IMG/VR virus record: IMGVR_UViG_3300042514_001858
Span: 90,168 to 154,167 of that record
Length of the DNA stretch: 64,000 bases
Reading direction: 5' to 3' (one strand)
Source of the DNA: a virus
Shown here: in pieces, positions 39,684 to 49,593 of the stretch
Layout of the letters: each line of letters begins with the position of its first letter
How positions within the stretch are numbered: the first letter of the stretch is position 1
Made by a program: the position numbers and the translations under genes
Notes under the pieces: generated by a model
Seen by the model: only the letters and a program-made list of their open reading frames with translations
Told to the model about the DNA's origin: nothing
The model's database searches: none

Positions 39684-40115
39684 ATGAACGAACAAATAGA
39701 CGAAGAAATGACATCGCAGGAATATGAAAAATTCCTAACACAACGAGCAATCAAAGGTATCTACCATGCTGTAGTAACCTTTGAGGAATGCTATAGATTA
39801 TTTTGGGGCAGACAACCTGAAACGATCATCGCATCTTTAAACGAAAATGTTCCTAAAACATTAGCACGATTCGCTTCTAATACAGAAATTGGAAATGCTC
39901 TTAATTATCAAATGGCAAAAACAAAACACACTGTGCGTGTGCCTGTTACAATGCCAGAAGGATATGGTTTTGATGGAGAATGTTTTACTTATAACATACC
40001 CGTAGTGGCGACACCTGAACCAGAGATTATCATAGATCTAAATCCAGTTCTAGAGCCACCAGTATTAGATGTCATTGAATCAGAAGTTATTGTCGAAGAG
40101 CCAATGATACAGTAA
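39684..40115 (+). CDS. Hypothetical protein (possible fibre chaperone)
   Basis: 143-aa ORF directly after the fibre gene. Confidence 0.6.
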   Translation: MNEQIDEEMTSQEYEKFLTQRAIKGIYHAVVTFEECYRLFWGRQPETIIASLNENVPKTLARFASNTEIGNALNYQMAKTKHTVRVPVTMPEGYGFDGECFTYNIPVVATPEPEIIIDLNPVLEPPVLDVIESEVIVEEPMIQ

Positions 40116-40576
40116 TGGGTAATCTACCTTTAAAAAAAGATTCGAGATTTAAACAAGGATTTTTTGCCCCTAAAAATCCTCAAAAGTATATTGGTAAATT
40201 GGATAATATAATTTTTCGATCTGGTTTAGAATTGAAATTGTTTCGATGGGCAGATAATAATGTAAATGTTTTGGAATGGAATAGCGAAGAATTTACTATT
40301 CCTTATTTTGATAGTCTTCAAAGGAAAAATCGTAAGTATTTTATTGATGCTTACGTAAAAATAAAAGAAGGAGATAAAATTAAAAAATATCTTATAGAAG
40401 TTAAACCTTGGAAACAGACTCAAGAACCAAAAGCTACTAAAAATAAAAAGAAATCCAATCTGCTTTATGAACAAGTAGCATGGAAGAATAATTGTGATAA
40501 ATGGGCATTTGCCAAAGAATTCGCGAAGAAGCATGGCATGGATTTTATTATTATTACAGAAAAAGAATTAAATTAA
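40115..40576 (+). CDS. gp4: Head completion nuclease
   Basis: PKNPQKYIG, FRSGLE, WNSEE..IPY, YFID, LIEVKP, KWAFA, ITEKEL. Confidence 0.92.
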   Translation: MGNLPLKKDSRFKQGFFAPKNPQKYIGKLDNIIFRSGLELKLFRWADNNVNVLEWNSEEFTIPYFDSLQRKNRKYFIDAYVKIKEGDKIKKYLIEVKPWKQTQEPKATKNKKKSNLLYEQVAWKNNCDKWAFAKEFAKKHGMDFIIITEKELN

Positions 40577-40609
40577 TAGAATTTACAATCATTAAACATA
40601 AATAATATT

Positions 40610-41275
40610 ATGGCGTTGAAACTTAAATTAATCGCAGAAAATCCTGATGTGTTTGATAACTTTGAAGTTATCGAAGAACAATCCAATCGAAACAGTACAT
40701 CCAATCTTTATGTTAAAGGACCGTTCATCGGTTGCAATAGCGTGAATAAAAATAAAAGAATGTATAAACTTGATGATACGAGAACTGAAGTTCAAAGATA
40801 TATCAATGAGATGGTTCTTCCAGGTAGAGCGATGGGTGAGTTGAATCACCCTACTAGTGCTGATGTTAATCTGGAGAGAGCTTGCCATTTGGTAACAGAA
40901 TTGACTGAAGTTAATGATTATTTTGTTGGTAAAGCGAAAGTCTTGTCAACACCTACTGGTCAGATCCTCCGTGCGCTTATCAATGATGGTGTTAAAGTCG
41001 GTATGTCCACTCGTGCATTGGGACAATTGATGGAAAATAATGATTACAATCTAGTTCAAAATATGCACTTGGTAGCTATTGATGCTGTTGCAGATCCATC
41101 TTATCCAAAAGCATTCGTTAATGGTATTTTGGAAAGTAAAACATACGTTGTTGAACAAGACGGTTCTTTTGAAGAAGTATATGAAAATTTTGAAAAGTCT
41201 CTCAAAACTATTCCAAAGCATGATATTGAATCTTATCTTCGTAAACAAATCATAAAATTCATTAATTCTATTTGA
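40610..41275 (+). CDS. gp21: Prohead protease
   Basis: NKNKRMY, AMGELNHP, GKAKVLSTPTG, GMSTRALG, DAVADPS. Confidence 0.95.
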   Translation: MALKLKLIAENPDVFDNFEVIEEQSNRNSTSNLYVKGPFIGCNSVNKNKRMYKLDDTRTEVQRYINEMVLPGRAMGELNHPTSADVNLERACHLVTELTEVNDYFVGKAKVLSTPTGQILRALINDGVKVGMSTRALGQLMENNDYNLVQNMHLVAIDAVADPSYPKAFVNGILESKTYVVEQDGSFEEVYENFEKSLKTIPKHDIESYLRKQIIKFINSI

Positions 41276-41277
41276 TA

Positions 41278-41949
41278 ATGAAAAAGCTACCTTTCTGGAA
41301 ATTTAGAAAATGGTTTTCTGATAAAGGGAAAATTGGAGAATTTTTCGCTGATCCTATATCACAACCAGAATTTCTAACTAGGTTAAAATGGTTGTCCGAA
41401 GGTTCTTTGGAATATCATCTATCTAAATTTACATCACCATGGACACATGGTGGAATTCCAGAAGAAAAACAACTTTATAAAGAATTTGAAGAATACGTGA
41501 TAAATAATAATATGGGTAAAACATTCAAAGATATGAAAAAAGACGGTAAAGTTACTTTTGATGGTCCTAAAGTAAAAGACCGCAAACCATTTGCACCTGG
41601 CACTCAGAAACATAAAGCCAAAAAAGGTAAAGGTTCTTATGATCGTAAACCACCTGAAGAAGATGCTGAATTTAAAAAAGGTGAAACGAGCGAAGCGAAA
41701 AAAGATAGTCTGAGGCGTATGCGCGAAGAAAATAAAGGTAAAAAATTACCTCCTCCACAAAAAATGGAAATGAAAGGAGGACTTCAGAAAAAACTTAAAG
41801 AAACACTCGGAGAATCAGCATCTATCATCAAATTTATTGAAGCTATCATGACTGAAGACCATGCAAATGCTCATAAATATCTGAAAGATACCATCAATAA
41901 AAAGATTCAGGAGAAAATTTCTCAAGAAATTGAAAAACCTTTGTTCTAA
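41278..41949 (+). CDS. Prohead core gp67-like protein with an internal late start at 41512 and an ArfA-like motif
   Basis: C-terminal FIEAIMTEDHANAHKYL resembles T4 gp67; KKGKGSYDRK; TAAATA 41501-41506, 5 nt before ATG 41512. Confidence 0.6.
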   Translation: MKKLPFWKFRKWFSDKGKIGEFFADPISQPEFLTRLKWLSEGSLEYHLSKFTSPWTHGGIPEEKQLYKEFEEYVINNNMGKTFKDMKKDGKVTFDGPKVKDRKPFAPGTQKHKAKKGKGSYDRKPPEEDAEFKKGETSEAKKDSLRRMREENKGKKLPPPQKMEMKGGLQKKLKETLGESASIIKFIEAIMTEDHANAHKYLKDTINKKIQEKISQEIEKPLF

Positions 41950-41986
41950 AACATAAAAAAGTTATATCAAATCTCTAAATAATATT

Positions 41987-42871
41987 ATGAAGAAAAACAA
42001 ACAGAATCTTTTCTCTGAAGACGTTCAAAAAAGTCTCGGTCTTTCCGACGAATCCGTTAGTGCTATCCAAAAAGCATTGGAAGCTAAAGTAGATCTTGCA
42101 GTTGAAGCTGCATTGGTTGAACAGGATGAAGTGTATGCTACTAAATTGGGATCGGTCATGGAATCGCTCGATAAAGATCGCACCATCAAAATGAAAAAAT
42201 TGATGGAAGCTTTTGATAAAGATAAGACTACCAAATTAGTTAAAGTTGTTAAGAAATACGAAAGAGAACAGCAAGTTGATCTAATTAGATTTAAAAAACA
42301 ACTCACTGAATCTGTTAGTGCCTATTTGGAAGAATTTTTGAGTGAATCCATTCCTGCTAAAGATATTGAGCAAGCAGTTAAGAATAAAACCGCTATGAAC
42401 GTGTTGGGAAATCTCCGCAAAGTGTTTGCAATTGATTCTGCTATCATGAAAGAATCTGTGTCCGATGCAATTCTACAAGGTAAAAATGAATTGGATAAAC
42501 TTCGTAATGAGAACGCTTCTTTGAAGAGCAATCTCAAAGTTATCACTGAAGAGAAAAATAACACACAAGTTAAACTCTTCCTCGAAGGTAAAACTTCCAA
42601 GTATCCTGAATCTAAAAAGAACTTCATCAAGAAAGCTCTTGGCGATAAATCCCTTACCTTTATCAAAGAAAATTTCGATTACACCGTGCGTCTCTTTGAA
42701 AAACAAGAGAAAAAACAACTTGAAGTAATCAAGGAAGAAGCTCTCCAAAACCGTAAACATAAGCCAGATTTCGTGAAAAATCAAAAAATTATCACGGAAC
42801 AAGTAAGTAATGATGTAGAGGAGAATGATCCTTATCTGAGTGTCCTTCAAACGATGGAATTCAGAAGATAA
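41987..42871 (+). CDS. gp22: Prohead core scaffolding protein
   Basis: Coiled coil with multiple xxES sites; lies between gp21 and gp23. Confidence 0.85.
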   Translation: MKKNKQNLFSEDVQKSLGLSDESVSAIQKALEAKVDLAVEAALVEQDEVYATKLGSVMESLDKDRTIKMKKLMEAFDKDKTTKLVKVVKKYEREQQVDLIRFKKQLTESVSAYLEEFLSESIPAKDIEQAVKNKTAMNVLGNLRKVFAIDSAIMKESVSDAILQGKNELDKLRNENASLKSNLKVITEEKNNTQVKLFLEGKTSKYPESKKNFIKKALGDKSLTFIKENFDYTVRLFEKQEKKQLEVIKEEALQNRKHKPDFVKNQKIITEQVSNDVEENDPYLSVLQTMEFRR

Positions 42872-42933
42872 TTTCCACCCCGCACTATGAGGAATTAATT
42901 CCTGAACAAATGTGAATAGAAAATCAAATATAT

Positions 42934-44385
42934 ATGAATATCCCACAAACTGATTTAAATGGCTCAAAAATGCAACGCGCAGTCGCTAAATGGCGTAAAG
43001 TGCTGGACTATAGCTCGAACTCGATTCCTGCTATCCAGAACGAACACGTCTATAAGACAACCGCTATGCTGCTTGAGAACCAAGAACAGTGGTGCTTTCA
43101 AGAATCAAACAACGCTGGTAGTAACGGCGTTTTTGGCGCAACGTCTTCCATTGGCAATGGTATCGCTAACAGCGACTCCTATGCTGCTGGTGATGCTCGT
43201 TTGCCAAAGATTCTGATTCCTATGATTAGACGTACTTTCCCAGAATTGATTTCTAATGAAATCGTCGGTGTCCAGCCAATGGGCGGTCCTGTCGGACTCG
43301 CCTTCGCTCTCCGTTATGCTTATCAAGGCGAAACCCTTGGTGCAGACGGTGTTGATGGCAAAGCATTCACCTCTACTTCCCGTGGCAACCAGCCTTGGGA
43401 TCAGTATGCAGGTGGTACAGGTCTTCCGAACGACGAAATGGGCTATCAATTACTGGACACACGTTTCACTGGCACATCTGCTGGTTTCCTCTCTGGTCAT
43501 GCTGAGTGGACATTCGCAGATCAAGACCGTGGTATTGCTGAACTATTGAGTAATTACGAATTGACAGGTAAAATCCCTCAAATCGAACTCAAGTTTGACA
43601 AAACTGCTGTTGAAGCTGGGACACGTAGACTTGCAACTCGTTGGAGTGTTGAGTTGGAACAAGACATCAAAAACATGAACGGCATCGATATCGATGGAGA
43701 ACTTACGAATGCTATGTCGTATGAGATCCAAGCTGAAATCGACCGTGAAGTTGTGATGCGTATGATCCAAACAGCCTTTAATGCTGGTGCTGGCGCAGGT
43801 TTCTCCATCTGGAGTCCTGTTAGTGCGGATGGTCGTTGGACTGCTGAAAGAAATATTACCTTCTATCAACGCCTTATTATCGAAAGTGGTCGTATGGCTG
43901 CTCGTAACCGTAGAGGTGCCGCTAACTTTGTTATCGCCACTCCTCGCGTTTGCAGCATCCTCGAAATGCTTCCTGACTTTAAGGTTTACGAAATCAACGG
44001 AACCGTTTCGACGGCTGGTGTTGGTATCGCAAAAGTTGGTACTGTTGGTAGCCGCTGGACGGTTTATCGTGATACTCGGACTGAAGTTCAGAACACTTCA
44101 CTCTATAGCCCTAACTACTACTCTGGTCAAACCAGCGGTGTAGAATATGCGCTATTGGGTTACAAAGGTTCTGAATACTATGACACAGGTATTATTTACT
44201 GCCCATACATCCCGATTATGGTGCAACGCACAATTGGACCGAATGATTTCGCTCCTCGCGTTGGACTCATGACCCGTTATGGTATTGTAAACAATATCTT
44301 CGGTGCTAATCTTTATTATCACCTGATCATTGTCAAAGGTCTTGGTACTGCGTTTACACCTGGTTCTGTTAGCACTTACCTGTAA
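42934..44385 (+). CDS. gp23: Major capsid protein
   Basis: TAMLLENQE, IRRTFP, VGVQPM.GPVGLAFALR, EIQAEIDRE, YCPYIP, GLMTRYG. Confidence 0.97.
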   Translation: MNIPQTDLNGSKMQRAVAKWRKVLDYSSNSIPAIQNEHVYKTTAMLLENQEQWCFQESNNAGSNGVFGATSSIGNGIANSDSYAAGDARLPKILIPMIRRTFPELISNEIVGVQPMGGPVGLAFALRYAYQGETLGADGVDGKAFTSTSRGNQPWDQYAGGTGLPNDEMGYQLLDTRFTGTSAGFLSGHAEWTFADQDRGIAELLSNYELTGKIPQIELKFDKTAVEAGTRRLATRWSVELEQDIKNMNGIDIDGELTNAMSYEIQAEIDREVVMRMIQTAFNAGAGAGFSIWSPVSADGRWTAERNITFYQRLIIESGRMAARNRRGAANFVIATPRVCSILEMLPDFKVYEINGTVSTAGVGIAKVGTVGSRWTVYRDTRTEVQNTSLYSPNYYSGQTSGVEYALLGYKGSEYYDTGIIYCPYIPIMVQRTIGPNDFAPRVGLMTRYGIVNNIFGANLYYHLIIVKGLGTAFTPGSVSTYL

Positions 44386-44416
44386 GTCTAATTTAGCAGA
44401 CACGCTGAACAAATTT

Positions 44417-44448
44417 GAAACCCGATGCACCGAAGAGCATCGGGTTTC
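44417..44448 (+). terminator. Stem-loop after gp23
   Basis: GAAACCCGATGC-N8-GCATCGGGTTTC, 12-bp stem. Confidence 0.75.
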
Positions 44449-44473
44449 CTCGTTTATACGTTAAATAATATCA

Positions 44474-44998
44474 ATGCAATTATTCAATCAATTTTTCCAA
44501 ATCCACGAAAGTCTTGATAATCCATACCCTTGGAAGAATACGTTCAAAACCGAAGAAGTCGTAGATGATTGGGATGATAGTGGAGATGAATATCCCAAAG
44601 ATGTTCTTACACCAACTCAAATAATACATTTCAAAACAGATGAAGGTGTTCCATACATTTGGTATGCAAAGCAAAATAGATACAACGATAAATATTGGGA
44701 AATTGCATTCGGGATTGTTGAAAAAGATAAAGGAGATGGTGGCTATGAAACAAATATTGAAAAAACGGGAACAGGCAATGCATTTCGTGTATTCGCTACA
44801 GTAATTGAAATTACAAATTATTTCGTGGAATGGGATGGAGATAATTATGAAGTTCAAAATTTAACCTTTTCATCTAAAGGTAATAACCGAACATCTCTTT
44901 ATAAAAAATATCTAGTTCCCCGAATTGAAAATTTTGAAATATCTGATGAACAGAAAAATGGTGATGAAACAGAAATCCATCTTCAACGTAATTTCTAA
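44474..44998 (+). CDS. Late hypothetical protein, candidate internal head protein
   Basis: TAAATA-N6-ATG; leader MQLFNQFFQIHES; TGTGNAFRVFATV. Confidence 0.75.
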   Translation: MQLFNQFFQIHESLDNPYPWKNTFKTEEVVDDWDDSGDEYPKDVLTPTQIIHFKTDEGVPYIWYAKQNRYNDKYWEIAFGIVEKDKGDGGYETNIEKTGTGNAFRVFATVIEITNYFVEWDGDNYEVQNLTFSSKGNNRTSLYKKYLVPRIENFEISDEQKNGDETEIHLQRNF

Positions 44999-45026
44999 AA
45001 TTTGATCAATTTTGCTAAATAATAAT

Positions 45027-45479
45027 ATGAGCATTTTTACGTTCCAACAAAACCTTCTTTCCGCTGAAAAAACTGGTAATCCTAATCTTACCAATACTAC
45101 ACTCTCCGCAACAGGTGTCACATTCCTATCTGGTGCTAACGTAGTTGTTGCAACTAGACAATTAGGTGTGGTATCTCTGTCCACTACTGATGTGGGTATT
45201 GCATTCGATCCTGTTGAATTTTCAGTAGGCTCTACAGTTAATACCGCATCTGCATTCTCCCTTGCTGCTTATCCAAGTGTCACGGTAAATGTTCTTGGTT
45301 CAAGATTTAATATTCCAGCATCGCTTCACAATACTCAAATGGCTATCGTGAATACTGATAATTCATATTCTGTGTTCCCATTCCTGAGTTCTGTCACGAC
45401 TGTTCCAACATCAGCATTCTCAGAAACCTTCTCTGTATCTACCCCTGATGCTCGTAGAAAGAGATTGCTAGGATATTAA
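45027..45479 (+). CDS. Ser/Thr-rich late virion protein (decoration candidate)
   Basis: TAAATA 45016-45021, 5 nt before ATG 45027; beta-rich composition. Confidence 0.65.
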   Translation: MSIFTFQQNLLSAEKTGNPNLTNTTLSATGVTFLSGANVVVATRQLGVVSLSTTDVGIAFDPVEFSVGSTVNTASAFSLAAYPSVTVNVLGSRFNIPASLHNTQMAIVNTDNSYSVFPFLSSVTTVPTSAFSETFSVSTPDARRKRLLGY

Positions 45480-45512
45480 TAATAAGATACTTTTAATCTT
45501 TATTGGTATATG

Positions 45513-45540
45513 AAAGCACACGGTTGATTCGTGTGCTTTT
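45513..45540 (+). terminator. Rho-independent terminator
   Basis: AAAGCACACG-N7-CGTGTGCTTTT. Confidence 0.7.
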
Positions 45541-45555
45541 CTCTTAAATAGTAAT

Positions 45556-46281
45556 ATGTATAATAGGGGAAGTGGTTCAGGCGCAGAATCCAAAAGAACT
45601 GACGAATCATTTTATAGTGGTATTGTCGTGAAGAACGATGATCCTTTGAAATTGAATAGAGTAAAAATTTATATTCCCGAATTATCTAACCAACCTTTTG
45701 ACAATTGGTTGGAAGAATACGATGAAATCAATGTTAAAATGGCAGGTGTCAATAATCCAACTGATAATTGGAACGACATTGCAATATTTAAAGAAATAGC
45801 CAATAACCTCCCATGGGCAGACCCATGCTACCCAATAATCGGTGAATCGGGAAATGCTCGATATTACCAAAACGATGAAGATAGTATTTCAACTATTTCT
45901 GATTGTAATTATGAAGAAGGGTTTCAAGTGAATGATGAAGAACCCCCAACATTACAAACGGGATCATTCTCACCAGCATTTATCTATGAAAACAAAGATA
46001 CCATTATGGGAGACGCTTTCAATAAACCAATTGATGTATTCTCTGTGAAGTGTAATACATATTCATTTGGTTACAAATCACAAAAATTTAGTAATAAAAC
46101 AAAGGGTATAATCGGTGTTCCTGAAGTTGGTTCTAAAGTATGGGTATTCCATTACATGGGAGATTTAAATTTCCCTGTTTATTTTGGTGTTATACAAGAT
46201 TACAGAAGCCTTACACTTATCAATAGAACTGATAATGAATCCAACATTTCTCCTTATTACCCATCTGACTTCGAAAATTAA
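45556..46281 (+). CDS. Baseplate hub gp5/VgrG N-terminal OB-fold protein
   Basis: GIVVKNDDP..LNRVKIYIP, WADPC, VPEVGSKVWVF..GDLNFPVYFG. Confidence 0.8.
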   Translation: MYNRGSGSGAESKRTDESFYSGIVVKNDDPLKLNRVKIYIPELSNQPFDNWLEEYDEINVKMAGVNNPTDNWNDIAIFKEIANNLPWADPCYPIIGESGNARYYQNDEDSISTISDCNYEEGFQVNDEEPPTLQTGSFSPAFIYENKDTIMGDAFNKPIDVFSVKCNTYSFGYKSQKFSNKTKGIIGVPEVGSKVWVFHYMGDLNFPVYFGVIQDYRSLTLINRTDNESNISPYYPSDFEN

Positions 46282-46283
46282 TT

Positions 46284-47876
46284 ATGTCTAAAAAGAAATA
46301 TAGAAACCGCACAGTATTAAACCAAAGAGGGGGAGCAATTGTTATCAATAATACAACTGATAATGAATCTCTACATATTTCTCAAAGATCGGGTAGTAAT
46401 ATTCTATTGAATAATACTGTCAATTCTGAATTAGCGACAAATAATAAACAAACTCTAGTATTGAATGATAAATTTGATACCATAAAAGGAGATTCTAGTG
46501 AATTTGTAGTAGGTGGGAAAAACGAAAGAGTTGGTGGCACGGTTTACAATTATAAAGGATTTATAGATGAATCAGAAATTCAAGCATTCCAAGAGTGGAA
46601 AGATTTAGTAAAACCAATTGCTGATAATAATTCAAAATTTAAAATAAAAAGAGGTGGATTATCATTACCTAATGGTGTATCCAGTTCTCCATCGGGAACT
46701 CGCGATGACAATCCCGTGATAGGTTCTAAAGTATTCGTAGTTGAAAATAAATTTGGAGGTTACACCAAATTACCATATAGAACATCTAAGAGTGATGAAG
46801 TCACTGCTTATACACCAGTTCCAGAGAGGACGGGAAATCCAGCAAAAGAAGATTCTATCACATTACAAAATATCGAAAAGAGTGCTGGTGGTGCTGGATC
46901 TCAAGCTCCAGGTGTTTTAGAATTTGGTGCTTCCAAATCTGCTGCAACCGAAAATGGTGAATGGGAGAAAGATCAAGATGCATTGGACATCGACAAACAA
47001 TTTTTAGATGCTCAGGAACAATTAACCAAGATTGAAGAAAAAATGGGTGATGGTGGGGATGAACATCTTATCACTAAAAGAAATAAATTTGAAACAATTG
47101 GAGCAGTATTCAACGATTTACCATCAGTTCGCATTGATGAAAAAGGTAGAAGTCAACCATTTGAAATGTTAGTATCCGATAAAGGAATTTATAAAAATCA
47201 TGATTATGTTCCTTTAGTCGAAGAAGTTGATAACTCTTCCAATTTTCCTTGTGGGAAGGATCACGTAATTGTTGGAAATTCTTTCAGTAGAATTGTGGGA
47301 TCAGGGGGTATATCTCTGAAAACCACTGGTTCTTTTGAAATGGGAGGAACTGTTTTACGAGGTGGTTTCAAACAAATTAATTTAAATGCTTCCCATGGTG
47401 TTCACATTGCTTCAGAGAGTAATCTAGAATTACAATCTTTAAAGACAATCGTTCTTCGGACAAATAGACAAGTGTATGTCGAATCTTCCATGGGAATTAA
47501 AAATAATTTAATTGTAGGGGGTGGATTGGCAGTAGAGGGGGAAACATACCTCCAACATGTTACCGCCCCCTTGGAGGTGCAGCAAACAGAGAATACGGTA
47601 GTGCTTGGTAAATTTGCTATCGATCAAGATCGTAGATTGATTATTGGTGAATGTAATATTGCAGGGGAATTTTACCCAGTCTATGCTAAAGCAACTGATG
47701 ATTTAATTGTGACTTATCCACATAGTCACCATTTCAATAATATTCCTCTCAAACTTATGGAATCTAATGAGGATGTTCGTAAAGATGCTCACAATAATAA
47801 AATAAATGCGCATAACACTGTTGCTCAGTCCTATGCGCAATTACACGAGAAGAAAATACCTGTTAAAATTAATTAA
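46284..47876 (+). CDS. Baseplate central spike (gp5 C-terminal-like beta-helix)
   Basis: Beta-repeat composition, C-terminal PHSHHF; follows the OB-fold gene. Confidence 0.65.
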   Translation: MSKKKYRNRTVLNQRGGAIVINNTTDNESLHISQRSGSNILLNNTVNSELATNNKQTLVLNDKFDTIKGDSSEFVVGGKNERVGGTVYNYKGFIDESEIQAFQEWKDLVKPIADNNSKFKIKRGGLSLPNGVSSSPSGTRDDNPVIGSKVFVVENKFGGYTKLPYRTSKSDEVTAYTPVPERTGNPAKEDSITLQNIEKSAGGAGSQAPGVLEFGASKSAATENGEWEKDQDALDIDKQFLDAQEQLTKIEEKMGDGGDEHLITKRNKFETIGAVFNDLPSVRIDEKGRSQPFEMLVSDKGIYKNHDYVPLVEEVDNSSNFPCGKDHVIVGNSFSRIVGSGGISLKTTGSFEMGGTVLRGGFKQINLNASHGVHIASESNLELQSLKTIVLRTNRQVYVESSMGIKNNLIVGGGLAVEGETYLQHVTAPLEVQQTENTVVLGKFAIDQDRRLIIGECNIAGEFYPVYAKATDDLIVTYPHSHHFNNIPLKLMESNEDVRKDAHNNKINAHNTVAQSYAQLHEKKIPVKIN

Positions 47877-49582
47877 CCCTCGCAGGATTTACAGTTCATA
47901 ATCGATCTAGCCAGATTTTGTGCTGGATTAGAGCTTCTTTGATAATACAACCCTTTAATACCCTGCTCCCAAGCAAAAATCATCAGTTCATTGACTTCTT
48001 TTAATTTGGTGTTTGGGGGAATTGTGATGTTTAGAGACTGACCCTGATCGATATATTTTTGTCTTTGTGCTGCCTGAATAATGATTTCCTTTTGGGAGAT
48101 TTCACCAAACGTCTTGAACACATCTTTTTCATCTTGTGAGAGAAAATCTAAATGCTGAACACTGCCACCGTGAGTAAGAATTGATTTCCATGTGACGGAA
48201 TCATTCTTACCTTTACATTGAAGCAAATTCATAAGGTATGGATTCTTATATGTGAAGTTTCCTTTGGCAAGAGCTTTTACAAAATAACAACTGTTCAAAG
48301 GTTCAATCGATGGTGATGTTTGACCAAGGATAAAGCTACTAGATGTTGTTGGTGCTACTGCGAGAGTGGTAACATTTCTGCGACCATATCCTTCGAGAAG
48401 TGGTGCTTCCCCAAAAATCTTCGCCAATTCTTCTGTTGCATGATCTGCCTTTGTTCTGATGTGACTCCAGATATCAATATTCAAAAACTTAGCGTCCATA
48501 GACTCCCATGGAATCATCTTCGACTGAAGAAGAGAGTGCCACCCAAGAACCCCAACACCAAGAGCGCGTTGGTTGATTGCAAACTTACGAGGTGCTTCCA
48601 TAAACTCTAACCCCTTTGTTTTATTGATGAATTCTGTCATCACAGCATCCAAGAAATATACCAACGTTTCAACAGCATCTGTATCTTTCCAATTTTCCCA
48701 CTCTTCAAGATTTAGAGATGACAAATCACATACGAACGATTCGTCTTCAGAATTACTCAGAGCGATTTCGTTACAAAGATTTTGGTGATGGATTTTTAAT
48801 CCTTTATCTTTATAAACTTGGGGTGCATTGTTGTTGAGCGTATCTGTGAATGAAATGTATGGGTATCCACTCTCTGCTCTCTTCTTGATTACCAGTGACC
48901 AGATTTTTCTAGCTTGTTTATCGCCATCGATCATCTTTTGCATCCATTCATCAGAAACACATACGCCGATAGACATATCCTGAATAGCGTTACCCTCAGA
49001 TTTAATTTTTAAGAATTCCTCGATATCTGGGTGATCGATTGGAAGATAAGCTGCCATACTACCACGACGAACGTTTCCTTGAGAAACTACTCCCATAAGC
49101 TTATCAAATAATTCAAGACTATAATCCAATTTATGAATTGGTGTTCCTGCGAGATAATTGAGTCTTTCCGATATTTCCATGAAATGAACTGCTCCAGTAG
49201 ATGATCCACCAGAAGAAATTGGTTCTCCTCTTCCTCTCAATTCTCCAAAATATGCAGATGTTCCACCTCCCATTTTTGTCATGATTGCAATCTCTGAAGA
49301 CTTTCTAGCGATTCCCGCCATCGTATCGGGAATATAGCTCCCAAAGCATGAAATTGGCAATCCTCTTTCACGACCAAAGTTGCTCCAGATCGGTGATGCT
49401 AGAGAATATGCTCCCATATGTAAGTAAGCCTCGAATTTGTCAGCAAACCCATCAAGCCCTAAAAGTTTTTCTGCTGCTTCTGCAATGTCTCTCATCCGTT
49501 GTTCTGGAGTTTCCCCTTCCAACAGATATCCTCTTTCTAGAAATTTTCTAGAGTCTTCGTTTAACCATTTTATATTACTCAT
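47873..49582 (-). CDS. nrdA: Class Ia ribonucleotide reductase alpha subunit
   Basis: PISCF, GGGTS, SQGNVRRG, NLCNEI, APTTSSS, DQGQS, LYY, C-terminal CKSC. Confidence 0.95.
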   Translation of the reverse strand: MSNIKWLNEDSRKFLERGYLLEGETPEQRMRDIAEAAEKLLGLDGFADKFEAYLHMGAYSLASPIWSNFGRERGLPISCFGSYIPDTMAGIARKSSEIAIMTKMGGGTSAYFGELRGRGEPISSGGSSTGAVHFMEISERLNYLAGTPIHKLDYSLELFDKLMGVVSQGNVRRGSMAAYLPIDHPDIEEFLKIKSEGNAIQDMSIGVCVSDEWMQKMIDGDKQARKIWSLVIKKRAESGYPYISFTDTLNNNAPQVYKDKGLKIHHQNLCNEIALSNSEDESFVCDLSSLNLEEWENWKDTDAVETLVYFLDAVMTEFINKTKGLEFMEAPRKFAINQRALGVGVLGWHSLLQSKMIPWESMDAKFLNIDIWSHIRTKADHATEELAKIFGEAPLLEGYGRRNVTTLAVAPTTSSSFILGQTSPSIEPLNSCYFVKALAKGNFTYKNPYLMNLLQCKGKNDSVTWKSILTHGGSVQHLDFLSQDEKDVFKTFGEISQKEIIIQAAQRQKYIDQGQSLNITIPPNTKLKEVNELMIFAWEQGIKGLYYQRSSNPAQNLARSIMNCKSCEG

Positions 49583-49593
49583 GTTTATATATT

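Noticed and set aside
49112-49177. Intein or group I intron in nrdA
   Set aside because: Only 63 nt long, with no intein terminal residues and too short for a ribozyme core.
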